From: Squalus acanthias
Lineage: Eukaryota
DNA length: 64,000 bases
NCBI GenBank assembly: GCA_030390025.1
Contig: CM059432.1
Coordinates: 84,198,001-84,262,000 of the forward strand
Direction of reading: 5' to 3'
In this document: piece after piece, positions 51,409 through 63,200 of the stretch
Layout of the letters: each line of letters starts with the position of its first letter
Position numbering within the stretch: the stretch's first letter is position 1
Translations under genes and position numbers: made by a program
Notes under the pieces: generated by a model
Told to the model about the DNA's origin: nothing
Database searches by the model: none
Seen by the model: the letters and a program-made list of their open reading frames with translations, nothing else

Positions 51409-52015
51409 TTTTGCTTGGAGTTCATTGCTCTCTCCTGTTCATGTGATACCTGACCCTTTAAGCTATGGTTGTTTAAGTCATGCAGCAGCAAGCCATTTTC
51501 CACAGCCCTAGATGTTGCCACTAGTTTGTGGCGGTTATCCCATTTAAAGCACACACCATAATATTTGAACTACTTGACCTCAGAAAATGTGTCGGAGGCA
51601 GCACCAATCTTGTCAGGCAGCCAGAGTTTTGCTCAGCCACACTTCTATCAGACTTATAGCTAGAGCAGGAGATCCCTCCTATAATGTCTGGTGACATGGT
51701 TGACTGCAGAAACTGTTAGCAGCTCTTGATATACTGAGTGACCTAAGGTACATTTACAGTGCAACTACTGGTCTGAGAAAGGCAGAGCTGTCTCCACAGA
51801 GTAATCAACACTTTGAATAGACTTTCAGAAAGTGGATAGTAAAGGCAAAAAAATTAGTCTTTAAAGAAACAGTTGGTTGCTGTGTTGGGGGAGGGGGATC
51901 AGTTTTTTTCTTTTTGGATAGATGTGTTAAGATGGTCTTGTGAAATAAACTGGATTATTGTGATCTTTTAATATAACTACCACTTTCCATTATGTTAAAC
52001 TTGTATCGAGCCTTG

Positions 52016-52480
52016 TTAGGAAAATAGGAACAGGAGTAGGCCATTTAGCCCCACGAGCCCGTTCCACCATTCAATGAGATCATGGCTGATCTGCGACCTA
52101 ACTCCATATACCCACCTTTGCCCTATATCCCTTAATACCTTTGGTTAACAAAAATCTATCAATCTCAGATTTAAAATTAACAATTGATCTAGCATCAATT
52201 GGCGTTTGCGAAAGAGAGTTCCAAACTTCTACCACCCTTTGTATGTACAAGTGTTTCCTAATTTCACTCCTGAAAGGTCTGGCTCTAATTTTTAGACTAT
52301 GCCCCCTAGTCCTAGAGTCCCCAACCAGCAGAAATAGTTTCTCTCTATCTACCCTATTTTGTTCCCCTTAATATCTTGAAAACTTCGATCAAATCACCCT
52401 TTAACCTTCTAAATTCCAGGGAATACAGCCCTAATTTGTGTAATCTCTCCTCGTAATTTAACCCTTGGAGTCCGGGTATC
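52016..52480 (-). mobile_element. CR1 3' fragment
   Basis: LIPGLQGLNYEERLHKLGLYSLEFRRLKGDLIE plus 3'UTR. Confidence 0.9.
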
Positions 52481-54856
52481 AGTCTGGGCTGGCTGGCTGA
52501 CAGGCAACAGCAAGGGCACTGACAGAGTGGCAGTGGTGGGAGGATGAATGCTGTCATCCTGAGAAAGGATAGTAGGTTCTTGCTCCACGGAGCCACTGCC
52601 ACTCCCCCGGGGCGGCACCTCAGCAATCCAAGTACAGGAAACTCTTTGGTATCCGGCACCGACGTGGTGCCGGTTGATCGAAAGTTCCGGATAACGGAGA
52701 GTTATATCTACCGAGGCTATTTTTAACAAAGAAAAATAAAAAAAATCAAGAAATGTGCAGTATACAGTATTTGGGTACTCACCTACAGAATGTTGTGTTA
52801 AATGGATGGTGGAAGATGCTTGATTAAGTACATTACTACCCCCACTGACTAACTCGGCGTTCGCGGGCTCGGGCTCGGACTCGGCAACATTGCCGGTTAT
52901 TTGAGAGGAGTTTTCGGAGTACTCGGAGTTTGCGGGAGACTCGGACTGCGACTCGGCAACATTGCCGGTTATTTGAGAGGAGTTTTCGGAGGATGATTTT
53001 TGCCGGTTAAGAGAGAATTCCGGATATTTAGGTGCCGGTTAAACAAGAGTTTCCTGTAATTTGTTGGAGGACAGATTCCTGAACTGCTGTGACACCCTGG
53101 AAGCCCCTTTCCACAGCCACGATGGCAGCAAGCTGAGCCTGCATGAGAGCAGTGTGAGCTTGCATGTCTTCAGTCTGAGCTTCCGCTGCAGCACTCAGAT
53201 GTTGGGTCACTTCCACTTGTGCTGCAATGGAAGCTGAGACATCAGCCATCAGACACTGCACCATTGTTGTGTCCACAAGTGCGCTAATAGAGTTGCCCAT
53301 CACTTTCATTCTGGAAATCATGGGCTCCAAGCTCTGCGCAAAGCCCTGTGCAATGTTAGTGGCAGACTCCTCCATGCTCCTTGACAGTGACAACACACTC
53401 TCTGGCAGGCTTGCCATTGCACCTAGAATTTATGTATGCATGCCAGTCACCCTTCTTCTGTAGGCCACCACATCAAAGTCCTCATCTGAGTCCTCTGCAG
53501 CAGAACTCGTGTGCAAACTCGCCCTCCGAGAAGCTGGCACCTATGCTAAACTTTCCCCCTGCCCTGGCTGCAGGCCACAGGCCACTCATGTCCGGTGACA
53601 CACCACGTGCAGATCCTGCCTCTATACCACCCTCTAAAAGTACGTGGAGTGCCAGTATCTGAGCTGGTGCCTGCGAGTGTGAGATCGAGTGACAGTGTCT
53701 CTTCTTCTCCATCACGCTCCTCTTCCTCTTCCTGCACTGGCTGGCAAGGTTGGAGTTCTGTGTATCTGAAATGAGAAAGCCACAAGAGTTGTGGTGACAG
53801 GAGGCGGGGGGGGGAAAGCAAGATGTGCATGCTTACACCATCAGCAGCTTGTTAGTGAGAAGAGGTTGTGGTATGAGGGGGAAGTGGGATGTGAGAAGGA
53901 GGATTAAGTATAAGCATACCGCCATCTTCAATGGTTTCAGCCTTGCCACTTGCCACAGCCTCAGTGAAGGCCCTGAAAATAATGTCGAGCACCGTCTCCT
54001 CCAGCTGGGTAAGAATATGCAGGCTTGTCTGTCCCCTACTGTTTAGCTACAGTTCCCTGCGGTTATGAGCCACCTTGCCCTGCAAGAGAGAGGGAAATGT
54101 GTCAGTGAGTGCGGTGCAATGTATTTGGGCGATGTGCCTGTCATGGATAAATAACTGGCAGTTTCTGTAAGGTGTGAGATATGGGTGTGAGGCTTGCAGC
54201 AGTGGTAAGTGTGTGAGGCTGAGATGAAGCTCTGAATGTGAGGTTTGAGTCGTGATTGATAGAGATTTTTGGTAGTTGAGTGATGGGGGTGTGGTGCAGT
54301 GTGTGAGGCTAGTGGTGCAGTTGGTGGGAGATGGCGTTTGAAGATGCATTCACTGACCTTGACCACACGTGTGAGGTCATTAAACTTCTTTCGGCACTGC
54401 ATTCATGTGCTCGGGGCAAGCCTGCTGGCATTGACCTCATCGGCTATCTGCTCCCACTGCCTTCGCAGTGTGTGTCTGGAGGGCCTCCTGCAGATAGAAG
54501 ACCTGTCTCCTCCTTTCCACCCCTTGCACTAAGGCCTCTAGTGCTGCGTCCGAGAGCCTTGGAGCCCTTTCTTTGGCCTGTTGGGCCATTATCCACTCTT
54601 TCTGTTTCTGACCCTTGCCTCAACAACCAGTTGCATAAGCTGCTGCAGGCAGAATGCACCTCCCCTTTAAGAGATGCAGATTGCCTTTAAGACGTAGCTT
54701 TAATTGGAGCTAGCCTCACATGAAATTGGGCTCCCTGCTGAGCGTCCAGCCACTCAGCAGGGCGTTCAGAGCTGGGCTGAACGCTGTAATCTTTGTCATT
54801 ATCAGGTGCATCGTGATCCCTGTGCCCGTTTTCCGGGGCTATCGAATTTTTAGTCC
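52481..54856 (-). mobile_element. Harbinger-5 right half with a 3-exon Myb/SANT pseudogene
   Basis: QCRKKFNDLTRVVK with donor at 54357, acceptor at 54079 (KVAHNRREL), donor at 53919, acceptor at 53765; TIR CGAATTTTTAGTCC. Confidence 0.88.
52635..53056. mobile_element. pogo/Tigger-like MITE (422 bp)
   Basis: TA TSD; 26-bp imperfect TIR CAGGAAACTCTT..CCGGCACC; internal 42-bp direct repeat at 52878 and 52950. Confidence 0.88.
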
Positions 54857-55845
54857 GGTAAATTATTTAAGTGTTTCTTATTTTAATTCCAAGTCAACTG
54901 GAACCATGTGCAACAAATGTATCCCATGTGGAATTGTATTGTTTGGCCTGTTTTGCCATCTTATTTTAATCTGTTTAACTGGATAAATATTTACATGTTT
55001 CAATGTGATCATCTCATTTCATGACTAGTTTGTGATTCAGAATCATAACTGATTTAAATCAAAGTCAAGGGAAGTGTTATTTAATATTTTCCTCAAAAAC
55101 TTAGAAGTTTTCACTTAGATTGTTGTGGAGGCCGATGTTGATGTTCTAGATTTTCATAAGGACCTCCTGTGAAAACACCTGATGCGATGCTGCTGTTAAA
55201 ACAGTAAAGGGTTATCTGACAGCTGCAGTGTATTTCCCAGCACTACTCATAAACCCTTTCTACTGGCCTTGAAGCTAACTGTTTTTGAAATTACATGTTA
55301 GAATGATTTGTTCCTCTTTTTAAAACCCAAAAACATGTTTGAATCATAACCACTTATAACATATCCGTGCTTTTTTTCCAATTGGCAAACAATGCGAGTG
55401 CTGTAAAAAAAAGTTATTTGCTAAGAATTAAAAAAAAGAAAAGCTGTAAATGAGCAACAGGTCAATCAGTATTTGAAAAGAAAGGTGTTAGTGGCACCCT
55501 TCCTCGGAGTCCACAATGAAGATGACCAAGACGTTGTTTTGCTACCAAGGAAAGATTATAAATGTAAAGGCTAAACATGGCAAACTACTTCTAGATTAAG
55601 AAAATGTATCTTAATATGTTTTGTATATTATGGGATATTACATGTGTCAATTTAGTCTGTTTTTGTTTCACTTATTTTTGAGTTACTAGAGTTTTAATAG
55701 TATTTTTAGGCAGTAAATTCTTTAATCTGTTCTTTGATTCAGTCAGCAGGTAAGTATTTTTTCTCCCATTGGCAAAAAAACTTCTTAACATTTCTCTCCA
55801 ACACATGCTATTACTTGGAAATGCAAATTGTGTTATGCAGGCATT

Positions 55846-56247
55846 ATTAAACATTCACTCCATCCACCATCGGTGCAACGTGGCGACAGTGTGTACCATC
55901 TACAAGATGCACTGCAGCAACTCGCCAAGGCTTCTTCGACAGCAACTCCCAAACTTGCGACCTCTACCACCTAGAAGGACAATGGCAGCAGGTGCATGGT
56001 AACACCACCACCTCCAAGTTTCCCTCCAAGTCACACACCATCCTGACTTGGAAATATAGCGCCATTCCTTCATCATCACTGGGTCAAAATTCTGGAACTC
56101 ACTACCTAACAGTACCTCACTACACGGACTTCAGTGGTTCAAGAAGGCGGCTCACCACCACCTTCTCAAGAGCAATTATGTATGGGCAATAAATGCTGGC
56201 ATTGCCAGCAACGTCCACATCCTGTGAATGAATAAATGAAAAAAAAA
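55846..56247 (+). mobile_element. Second LINE family, 3' fragment
   Basis: Homologous to 29587-29995; A-rich tail. Confidence 0.88.
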
Positions 56248-56262
56248 TTGTTGTTACCATTT

Positions 56263-57540
56263 TAACAATAGAACCATAGAAGTTTACAGGCAGAAGGAAG
56301 CCATTTAGTCCATTGAGTCTGTGCCAGCTCTTTGCTAGAGCAATTCAAAACTAATCCCACTCCCAATGTCCTACTGTCTCTCCATTGACTCTATCATCCT
56401 CTGTTTCAAATGTTTATCTACTTTTCTCTTAAAAGATACAATGACCTCTGCCTCAACTATTCACTGTGGCAAAGAATTCAATATTCTATCAATTCTCTGA
56501 GTAAAGAAAATTTTCTTAAGCTCTTTCCTCACTCTCTTGATGACGCCTTATCACTGATTCTCCAGCCAGAGAAATTGGGCTAGAAATTCAATAGCGTCCA
56601 GGAAAGGGTGCTAACTTTTGAGAAGTTGGAAGTTTAGCGCCAGGCGCTAAACAATCTCGCTGCCCACTAAATTCAGTCTCAGCGCTCAAAGAATATAGGG
56701 GAGTGCTAAATCAGGTGCTAATGGCGTAGGTGGGTGGCGTTAGGCTCCAAGCAATAAGGAATATGAGGTGTTGTATAATCGGGAGTGAGCATTGCCGAAG
56801 GCACCTTCCAGCCATTAAATGGGAGGGTCACTGGAGTCTGCACACCAGCCCCCAATGATTTGGGGAGTGCAGAACGGCCATATGCTGTGGGATGAAATGC
56901 AAATTCCTTTGACGGCCCGCAACACTCTGGGGACTAAGCAGCCTTTATTTGGCTGCAGATACATCCTGCGCTCTCTGCCACTCACAACTGACCTTTGGAA
57001 TGGAAGTTCCTTGACAGCTGGGGCGTATCCCTTTAAGTAGCGCCCCGCCAGCCGCCAGCCGGCTGGTTTGCGCCTCCGCTCCCTGGCGCTGTCGGCGTGA
57101 GGCGCTACTGAAGTTTGCAGGTCGGGCGCCCAGCGAGCATTGCACGCTCGCTGACATCACCAATTGCATGCCGAAAGGTGCTGAGGCACTAACTGTTATC
57201 AGTGGCGCTATGCGGCCGGCGAATTCGCCGCATCGCTACTGCCTGAGCACCCCGTTAGCGCCCCTGCCAGGCGCTATCTGGGGGCGCTAACATGCCAAAT
57301 TTCTCCCCCATTGTCTTTCCCTATTGACCCTATCAAAACTGTTCATAATTTAAAAAAAAATAGTTTAATCTCCTCTTACCCCTCTCTGTCCCAGTGAAAA
57401 TAATCCCAGGATCTCAAGTCTCTCCTCACAACTATAGTTTTGTATCCCTGATATCATCCTGGTGAATCTACACTCTCTTTGACTTTTATGCCCTTTCTAC
57501 AATGGAGTGCTCAAAACTGCACACAGTACTGTAACCATTG
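56263..57540 (-). mobile_element. Old CR1 3' fragment split by a MITE
   Basis: Degenerate CR1 3'UTR and ORF2 end (caaaactgcacacagtact). Confidence 0.65.
56577..57309. mobile_element. GC-rich Harbinger MITE (733 bp)
   Basis: GGGCTAGAAATT and AATTTCTCCCCC; TSD ATT. Confidence 0.9.
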
Positions 57541-57551
57541 CTTTATACCAA

Positions 57552-58514
57552 CTTAACAACAACAACAATAACAACTTGCATTTATATAGCACCTTTAACG
57601 TAGTAAACATCACAAGGTGCTTCACAGGAGCAAAATCAGACAAAAATTGATACTGAGCCAAAAAAGGAGACAAAAGGACAGATGACCAAATGCTTGGTCA
57701 AAGAGGTAAGTTTTAAGCAGCGCCTTAAAAGAGGAGAGACATGTGGAGAGGTGAAGAGGTTTAGGGAGGGAATTCCAGGTCTTAGGACTTAGACAGCTGA
57801 AGGCACGACCACCAATGGAGGAGGTAGGTGATGCACAAGAGGCCAGAGTTGGAAGAACCTAGAGTTCTCGTTGGGTGTTAGGCTGGAGGAGGTTACAGAG
57901 ATAGGGCGGGGCAAGGCCATGGAGGGATTTTAACATGAAGATGAGTATTTTAAAATATAGGCATTGCTGGACTGGAAGCCAATGTAGGCCAGCAAGCATT
58001 GGGGTGATGGATGAATGGGACTTGGTGCGAGTTAATATATGGGCACCAGAGGTTTGGATGAGCTCAAGTTTATGGAAGGTGGAAGATGGGAGGCCGGCCA
58101 GGAGAGCATTGGAATAGTCAAGTCTGGAGGTAACAAAGAGTTTCAACAGCAGATGGGCTTGGGTAGGGGCAAAGTCGGGCGATACTACGGAGGTGGAAGT
58201 GGGTGGTCTTTGTGATGGAGAGGATATGGAGTTGGAAGCTCAGCTGTTAAATAAGATGTGGAGGTTGCAAACAGTCTGGTTCAACCTGAAATAGTGGCCC
58301 AGGAGGGTTATGGAATCGGTGGCTAGGAATCGGAGTTCATGGTGGGGCTGAAGACAATGATTTTGGTTTTCCCAATGGTTAATTGGAGGAAATTTTGGCT
58401 CATTAAAAACTGGATGTTGGACAAGCAGTCTGACAACACAAAGGCAGTGGAGTGATTGAGAGCAGTGGTGGTGAAGTAGAGCTGGGTATCATCAGCGTAT
58501 GTGGAACCTAACAT
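57552..58514 (-). mobile_element. L2 LINE 3' part
   Basis: YADDTQLY; FVTSRLDYSNALLAGLP..LHWLPV; tail gctatataaatgcaag(ttg)n. Confidence 0.88.
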
Positions 58515-58544
58515 CAATGTTCCTGTTAAGCTGTGAGACCGTGC

Positions 58545-60332
58545 GGCAAGGCCAGCATTTATTGCCCATCCCCAATTGCCCTTGAGAAGGTGGTGGTGAG
58601 CTGCCTTCTTGAACCCCTGCAGTCCATGTAGTGAAGGTCCTCCCACGGTGCTGTTAGGGAGGGAGTTCCAGAATTTCGACCCAGCGACTATGAAGGAACA
58701 ATGATATATTTCCAAGTCAGGATGGTGTGGGGAACTTGCAGGTGGTGGTGTTCACATGCGCCTGCTGCCTTTGTCCTTCTAGGTGGTAGAGGTTGTGGGT
58801 TTGGGAGGTGCTGTCAAAGAAGGCTTGGCGAGTTGCTGCAGTGCATCTTGTAGATGGTACACACTGCAGCCATGGTACGTAGGTGGTGGAGGGAGTGAAT
58901 GTTTAAGGTGGTGGATGGGGTGCCAATCAAGCGGGCTGCTTTGCCCTGGATGGTGTCGAGCTTCTTGAGTGTTGTTGGAGCTCCACTCATCCAGGCAAGT
59001 GGAGAGCATTCCATCACACTCCTGACTTGTGCCTTGTAGATGATGGTCAGGAGGTGAGACACTCACCACAGAATAACCAGCCTCTGACCTGCTCTTGTAG
59101 CCACAGTATTTACGTGGGTGGTCTAGTTAAGTTTCTGGTCAATGGTGACCCCCAGGATGTTGATGGTGGGGGATTCGGCGATGGTAAAGCTGCTGAATGT
59201 CAAGGGATGGTGGTTAGACGCTCTCTTGTTGGAGATAGTCACTGCCTGGCACTTGTGTGGCGCGAACGTTACTTGCCACTTATCAGCCCAAGCCTGAATG
59301 TTTTCCAGGTCTTGCTGCATGCGGGCATAGACTGCTTCATTATCTGAGGAGTTGCGAATAGAACTGAACACTGTGCAATCAACAAACATCCCCACTTCTG
59401 ACTGTATAATGGAGAGAAGGTCATTGATGAAGATGGTTCGGCCTAGGACACTGCCCTGAGAAACTCCTGCAGCGATGTCCTGGGGCTGAGATGATTGGCC
59501 TCCAACAACCACAACCATCTTCCTTTGTGCTAGGTATGACTCCAGTCAGTGGAGAGTTATCCTCCTGATTCCCATTTTACTAGGGCTCCTTAATGCCACA
59601 CTCGGTCAAATACCTCACCTCTGGAATTCAGCTCTTTTGTCCATGTTTGGACCAAGGCTGTAATGAGGTCTGATGCCGAGTGGTCCTGGCGGAATCTGAA
59701 CTGAGCATTAGGAGCAGGTGCTGCTTGATAGCACTGTCGACGACACCTTCCTGATGATTGAGAGTAGACTGATGGGGTGGTAATTGGCTGGATTGGATTT
59801 TTCCTACTTTTTGTGGACAGGACATTCCTGGGAAATTTTCCACATTATCGGATAGATACGAGTGTTTTAGCAGTACTGGAACAGCTTGGCTAGAGGTGCG
59901 GCTAGTTTTGGAGAACAATTCTTCAGCATGACAGCCGGGATATTGTCGGGGCCTATAGCCCTTGCTGTATGCAGTGCGCTCAGCCGTTTCTCGATATCAC
60001 GTGGAGTGAATCGAATTGGCTGAAGACTTGCTTCGGTGATGGTGGGGATCTCATTATCCACTTGGCACTTCTGCTGAAGATGGTTGCAAATGCTTCAGCC
60101 TTGTCTTTTGCACTCATATGCTGGGCTCCACCATCATTGAGGATAGGGATGTTCATGGCGCCTCCTCCTTCCGTTAGTTGGTTAATTCACCATTCACTAC
60201 TGGATGTGGCAGGACTGCAGAGCTTTGATCTGATCTGTTGGCTATGGGATCACTTAGCTCTGTCTATAGCATGCTGTTTTCGCTGTTTAGCATGTATGCA
60301 GTCCTGTGTTGTAGCTTCACCAGGTTGGCACT
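58545..60332 (-). mobile_element. Second LINE family, multiply deleted ORF2
   Basis: GPDNIPAV, QGSVLG, AWADKWQVTFAP and the family tail. Confidence 0.88.
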
Positions 60333-60530
60333 TTTCTTCCCTAAATGACATTCGTGAACCAGATGGTTTTTTATGACAATCCGGTAGTTTTCACCATTAT
60401 TTATTCCAGATTTATTTAATTAACTGAATTTAAATTCCCCGTGATGGGATTTGAACTCACGTCTCCAGATCATTAGTCCAGGCATCTGGATTACTAGTCC
60501 AGTAACATAACCACTATGCTACCGTACCCC
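60333..60530 (-). mobile_element. tRNA-like SINE head directly upstream of the LINE body
   Basis: rc ggtagcatagtggt (A box) ... gagttcaaatccc (B box). Confidence 0.7.
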
Positions 60531-62975
60531 CACTGGGAACAATGTTGCTCCCTTCCCAAATCCCGGGACGGAGTCAGTTTAATAATAGGGACTAGCTACC
60601 CGCACCTGTAGAAGCTCTGCAGAGGTTCCCGTCCCCAAGAAGTACGGGAAAATCAGAGTGGCAGGGTTGGGTGAACCAGAAGCCTGTTACAGGCCAAACA
60701 TTAATTTTAACAAAAATTTCAGTTCGTCGCATGGAAATCAATGCTAGCATTATGAGGTAATTGATGGCCTCTGGGATCAATTACCTATGCTCCTTGAAAT
60801 GTTTATAGCCTTGGGAAGGCTCAGTATGGAATGCACACCTGCTCTCAGCAAACACAAATTCTGTTAGGTAGCCTGGGAGTGCCTTAGACATGGTCCCAAA
60901 ATCTCTGTTAGACATAAGGGGAGCTAACGGAAGACTCCCCTCTTCTCCCAATGATTGGGATTTACCACGGTATCTTTAATGGAGCAGAAACCCAGAAGAT
61001 CCGGGTTCTGCCCTAAATTCCGACCGGCTTGTCCCCATAGTCCATTGGGTTTTAACTCTTCCAAACCCCAGGAATTTCAGCCCCATATACTTAAGTATTT
61101 GAAAACATTTTTTTAAGTTCAATCTTATGGTTTTGGCTTTGGCAACCAGTGAAGATTCCCTCAATCTTCTGCTCTTAGGACAAAGAACAGCAGGATCAGG
61201 AGGGTCACCACAGAGATGCCAGGCTGAACACCATAGGTGGTCTCTGGTCTCTACTGGTTAGTACCCATGCTTCCCTGACCACAGATCCAGATGAGGGAAC
61301 TCAGCAATGCACCTTCTGAATGAAGCAGCAGCTGTGTTGTGTCAGCTACCAGATAGCTGTTGCCACAGCTCATAAGGGAGTCCTTAAGCTGACTAAGATC
61401 TGAGCTCATTGCCAAATGAGTACTGCCATCACAGTCACTTGCTAACAATTATCTCTCTTCCCTAACTACCAAGGCTTTGATTTGGAGATCATTCTGCTAC
61501 TCCTTCACACTGGCATTCCCCCACCTTGCCCTAGATCATTCTGCATATAATCTGTCAGTGTCAAAAATACCGCACTGACAACAAATATGACAACCTTCCA
61601 TTGTTTAAAAGTACCATGCCTCCCCTTTGTGCCTACTCTTGAGTGCTCTTTTAGTCGTAGCCTTTTACTTCCCCTACAGTGGCAGGAGGTTCTGAGGTGT
61701 GTGGTTGATAGTTTGCAGCAGGAGTCTTGGGGGGAGCCCATTTTTTTAGGCGCTAATCAATCTCCTAATGCTCGAAAATGGCATCCGAGATGCGCATGCA
61801 CACCTCCAATAGGAAGTGCGCCGGACGCCATTGTGGTAAAGGGGTTTGCGCGCGCACACCTAACGACTGCGAGCAGAATGCAGAGCAGGCAGATTATGAC
61901 ATCAATCAGTGTGCAACGCTGATTTGATGCCAGCGCTGCCATTTTCAAATGCCACAGTCTAGCCTATGCCCTCTCTTAACCTCGTGCAGTTGAACATGAC
62001 ATTAAACGGCACGAAGAACCCCTCCCCCCACCAGCGCTACTTAAATGAATCATGAATTACTTATAGGTTAGTTGCTGGATTATTTCTTCTGGCTGCTGGT
62101 GCAATTCTATGTGTTTTTGGAGTTTTCCTGTACTTGTCTAAAGTTTGGATAGTCTACAGGGAGTGGTCTGGCTGGTAATTTTTTGGTGGTTTAAAGGCTT
62201 GTGCTGAAACAAGTTGCTTGCAGACATGGGTGGTCTGGTAGGCCTTCCTGTTGGAATTGAGCATGACTGGGAGAATGAAGAGAGGCCTCGCAGAGCAGGA
62301 CAAGCTGCTAGAAGAAGGAGGAGGAGGGGAAGAAGGGCTCTCAGCAGGAGGCCATATCCGTAGAGAGTCTTTAGGGAGCAATTCTCTTACCTCAACTTCA
62401 GCGACAACCAATACTGGGTTGGGTCTGGGCTGGCTAGCTGGCAGGCAATAGCAAGGGTACTGGTGTAGTGGTAAGGGTGGGAGCACGAATGTTCTCATCC
62501 TGAGAGAGGACAGCAGGTGCGTAATCCATGGAGCCACTGCCACTTTCCTGGGGCGTGCCTCAGCAATCCTTGTATTCCATTGGAGAACAGATTGCTGGAC
62601 TGACATGATGCCCTGGAAGCCTCTTTGCACACTGGTATCCACAGCCATAATGGAAGCAGTCTGAGCTTGCATGGCAGCAAGCTGAGATTGCATGACAGCA
62701 GTCTGAGCTTCCATTGCAGCACTCAGACGTTGGGTGTGTGCTGCTTGTGCTGCAATGGAAGCTGAGACATCGGTCATCAGACACTGCACTATGGTTGGCT
62801 CTACAGGTGTGTTGATGGAGGTGGCTACTTGTTCCATGTTGGAAAGGATGGCTCCAAGCTCTGCGCAATGACCTGTGACAAGTTGGTTCTGGACTCCTCC
62901 ATGCTCCTTGACAATGAATGCAGGCTTTCTGGCAGGCTTCCCAGTGCACCAAGCATTTTGTTGTGTACACCCATC

Positions 62976-63200
62976 TTGTCTCTTAATCTCTCCTGCCTTC
63001 CATCCTATCACAGACCTTCTCTTTTGTTCTTTCCTCCCCTCCCCCCTTTCCCTGCCCCTGCACTTGCTTAAAAACCTGTTCCATCTCCAGCTTTTTCCAG
63101 TTCTGACGAAGAGTCATCGACTTGAAACGTTAACTCTGTTTCTCTCTCCAGAGATGCTGCCTGACCTGCTGAGTATTTCCAGCATTTTCTGTTTTTATTT
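62976..63200 (+). mobile_element. Penelope-like (PLE) terminal-repeat fragment inserted in the Myb exon
   Basis: Interrupts sequence that is contiguous at 53430-53460; hammerhead motif followed by gatgctgcctgacctgctgagtatttccagc. Confidence 0.75.
63099..63135 (+). ncRNA. Minimal type I hammerhead ribozyme motif
   Basis: AGTT-CTGACGA-A-GAGTC(atc)GACTT-GAAAC-GTT-AACT: intact core boxes, helices I and II pair, palindromic ACGT helix III. Confidence 0.75.

Noticed and set aside
60440..60530. Functional tRNA genes here and at 51322-51408
   Set aside because: A/B boxes are present but there is no convincing cloverleaf, and both continue into repeat sequence, so they are SINE heads.
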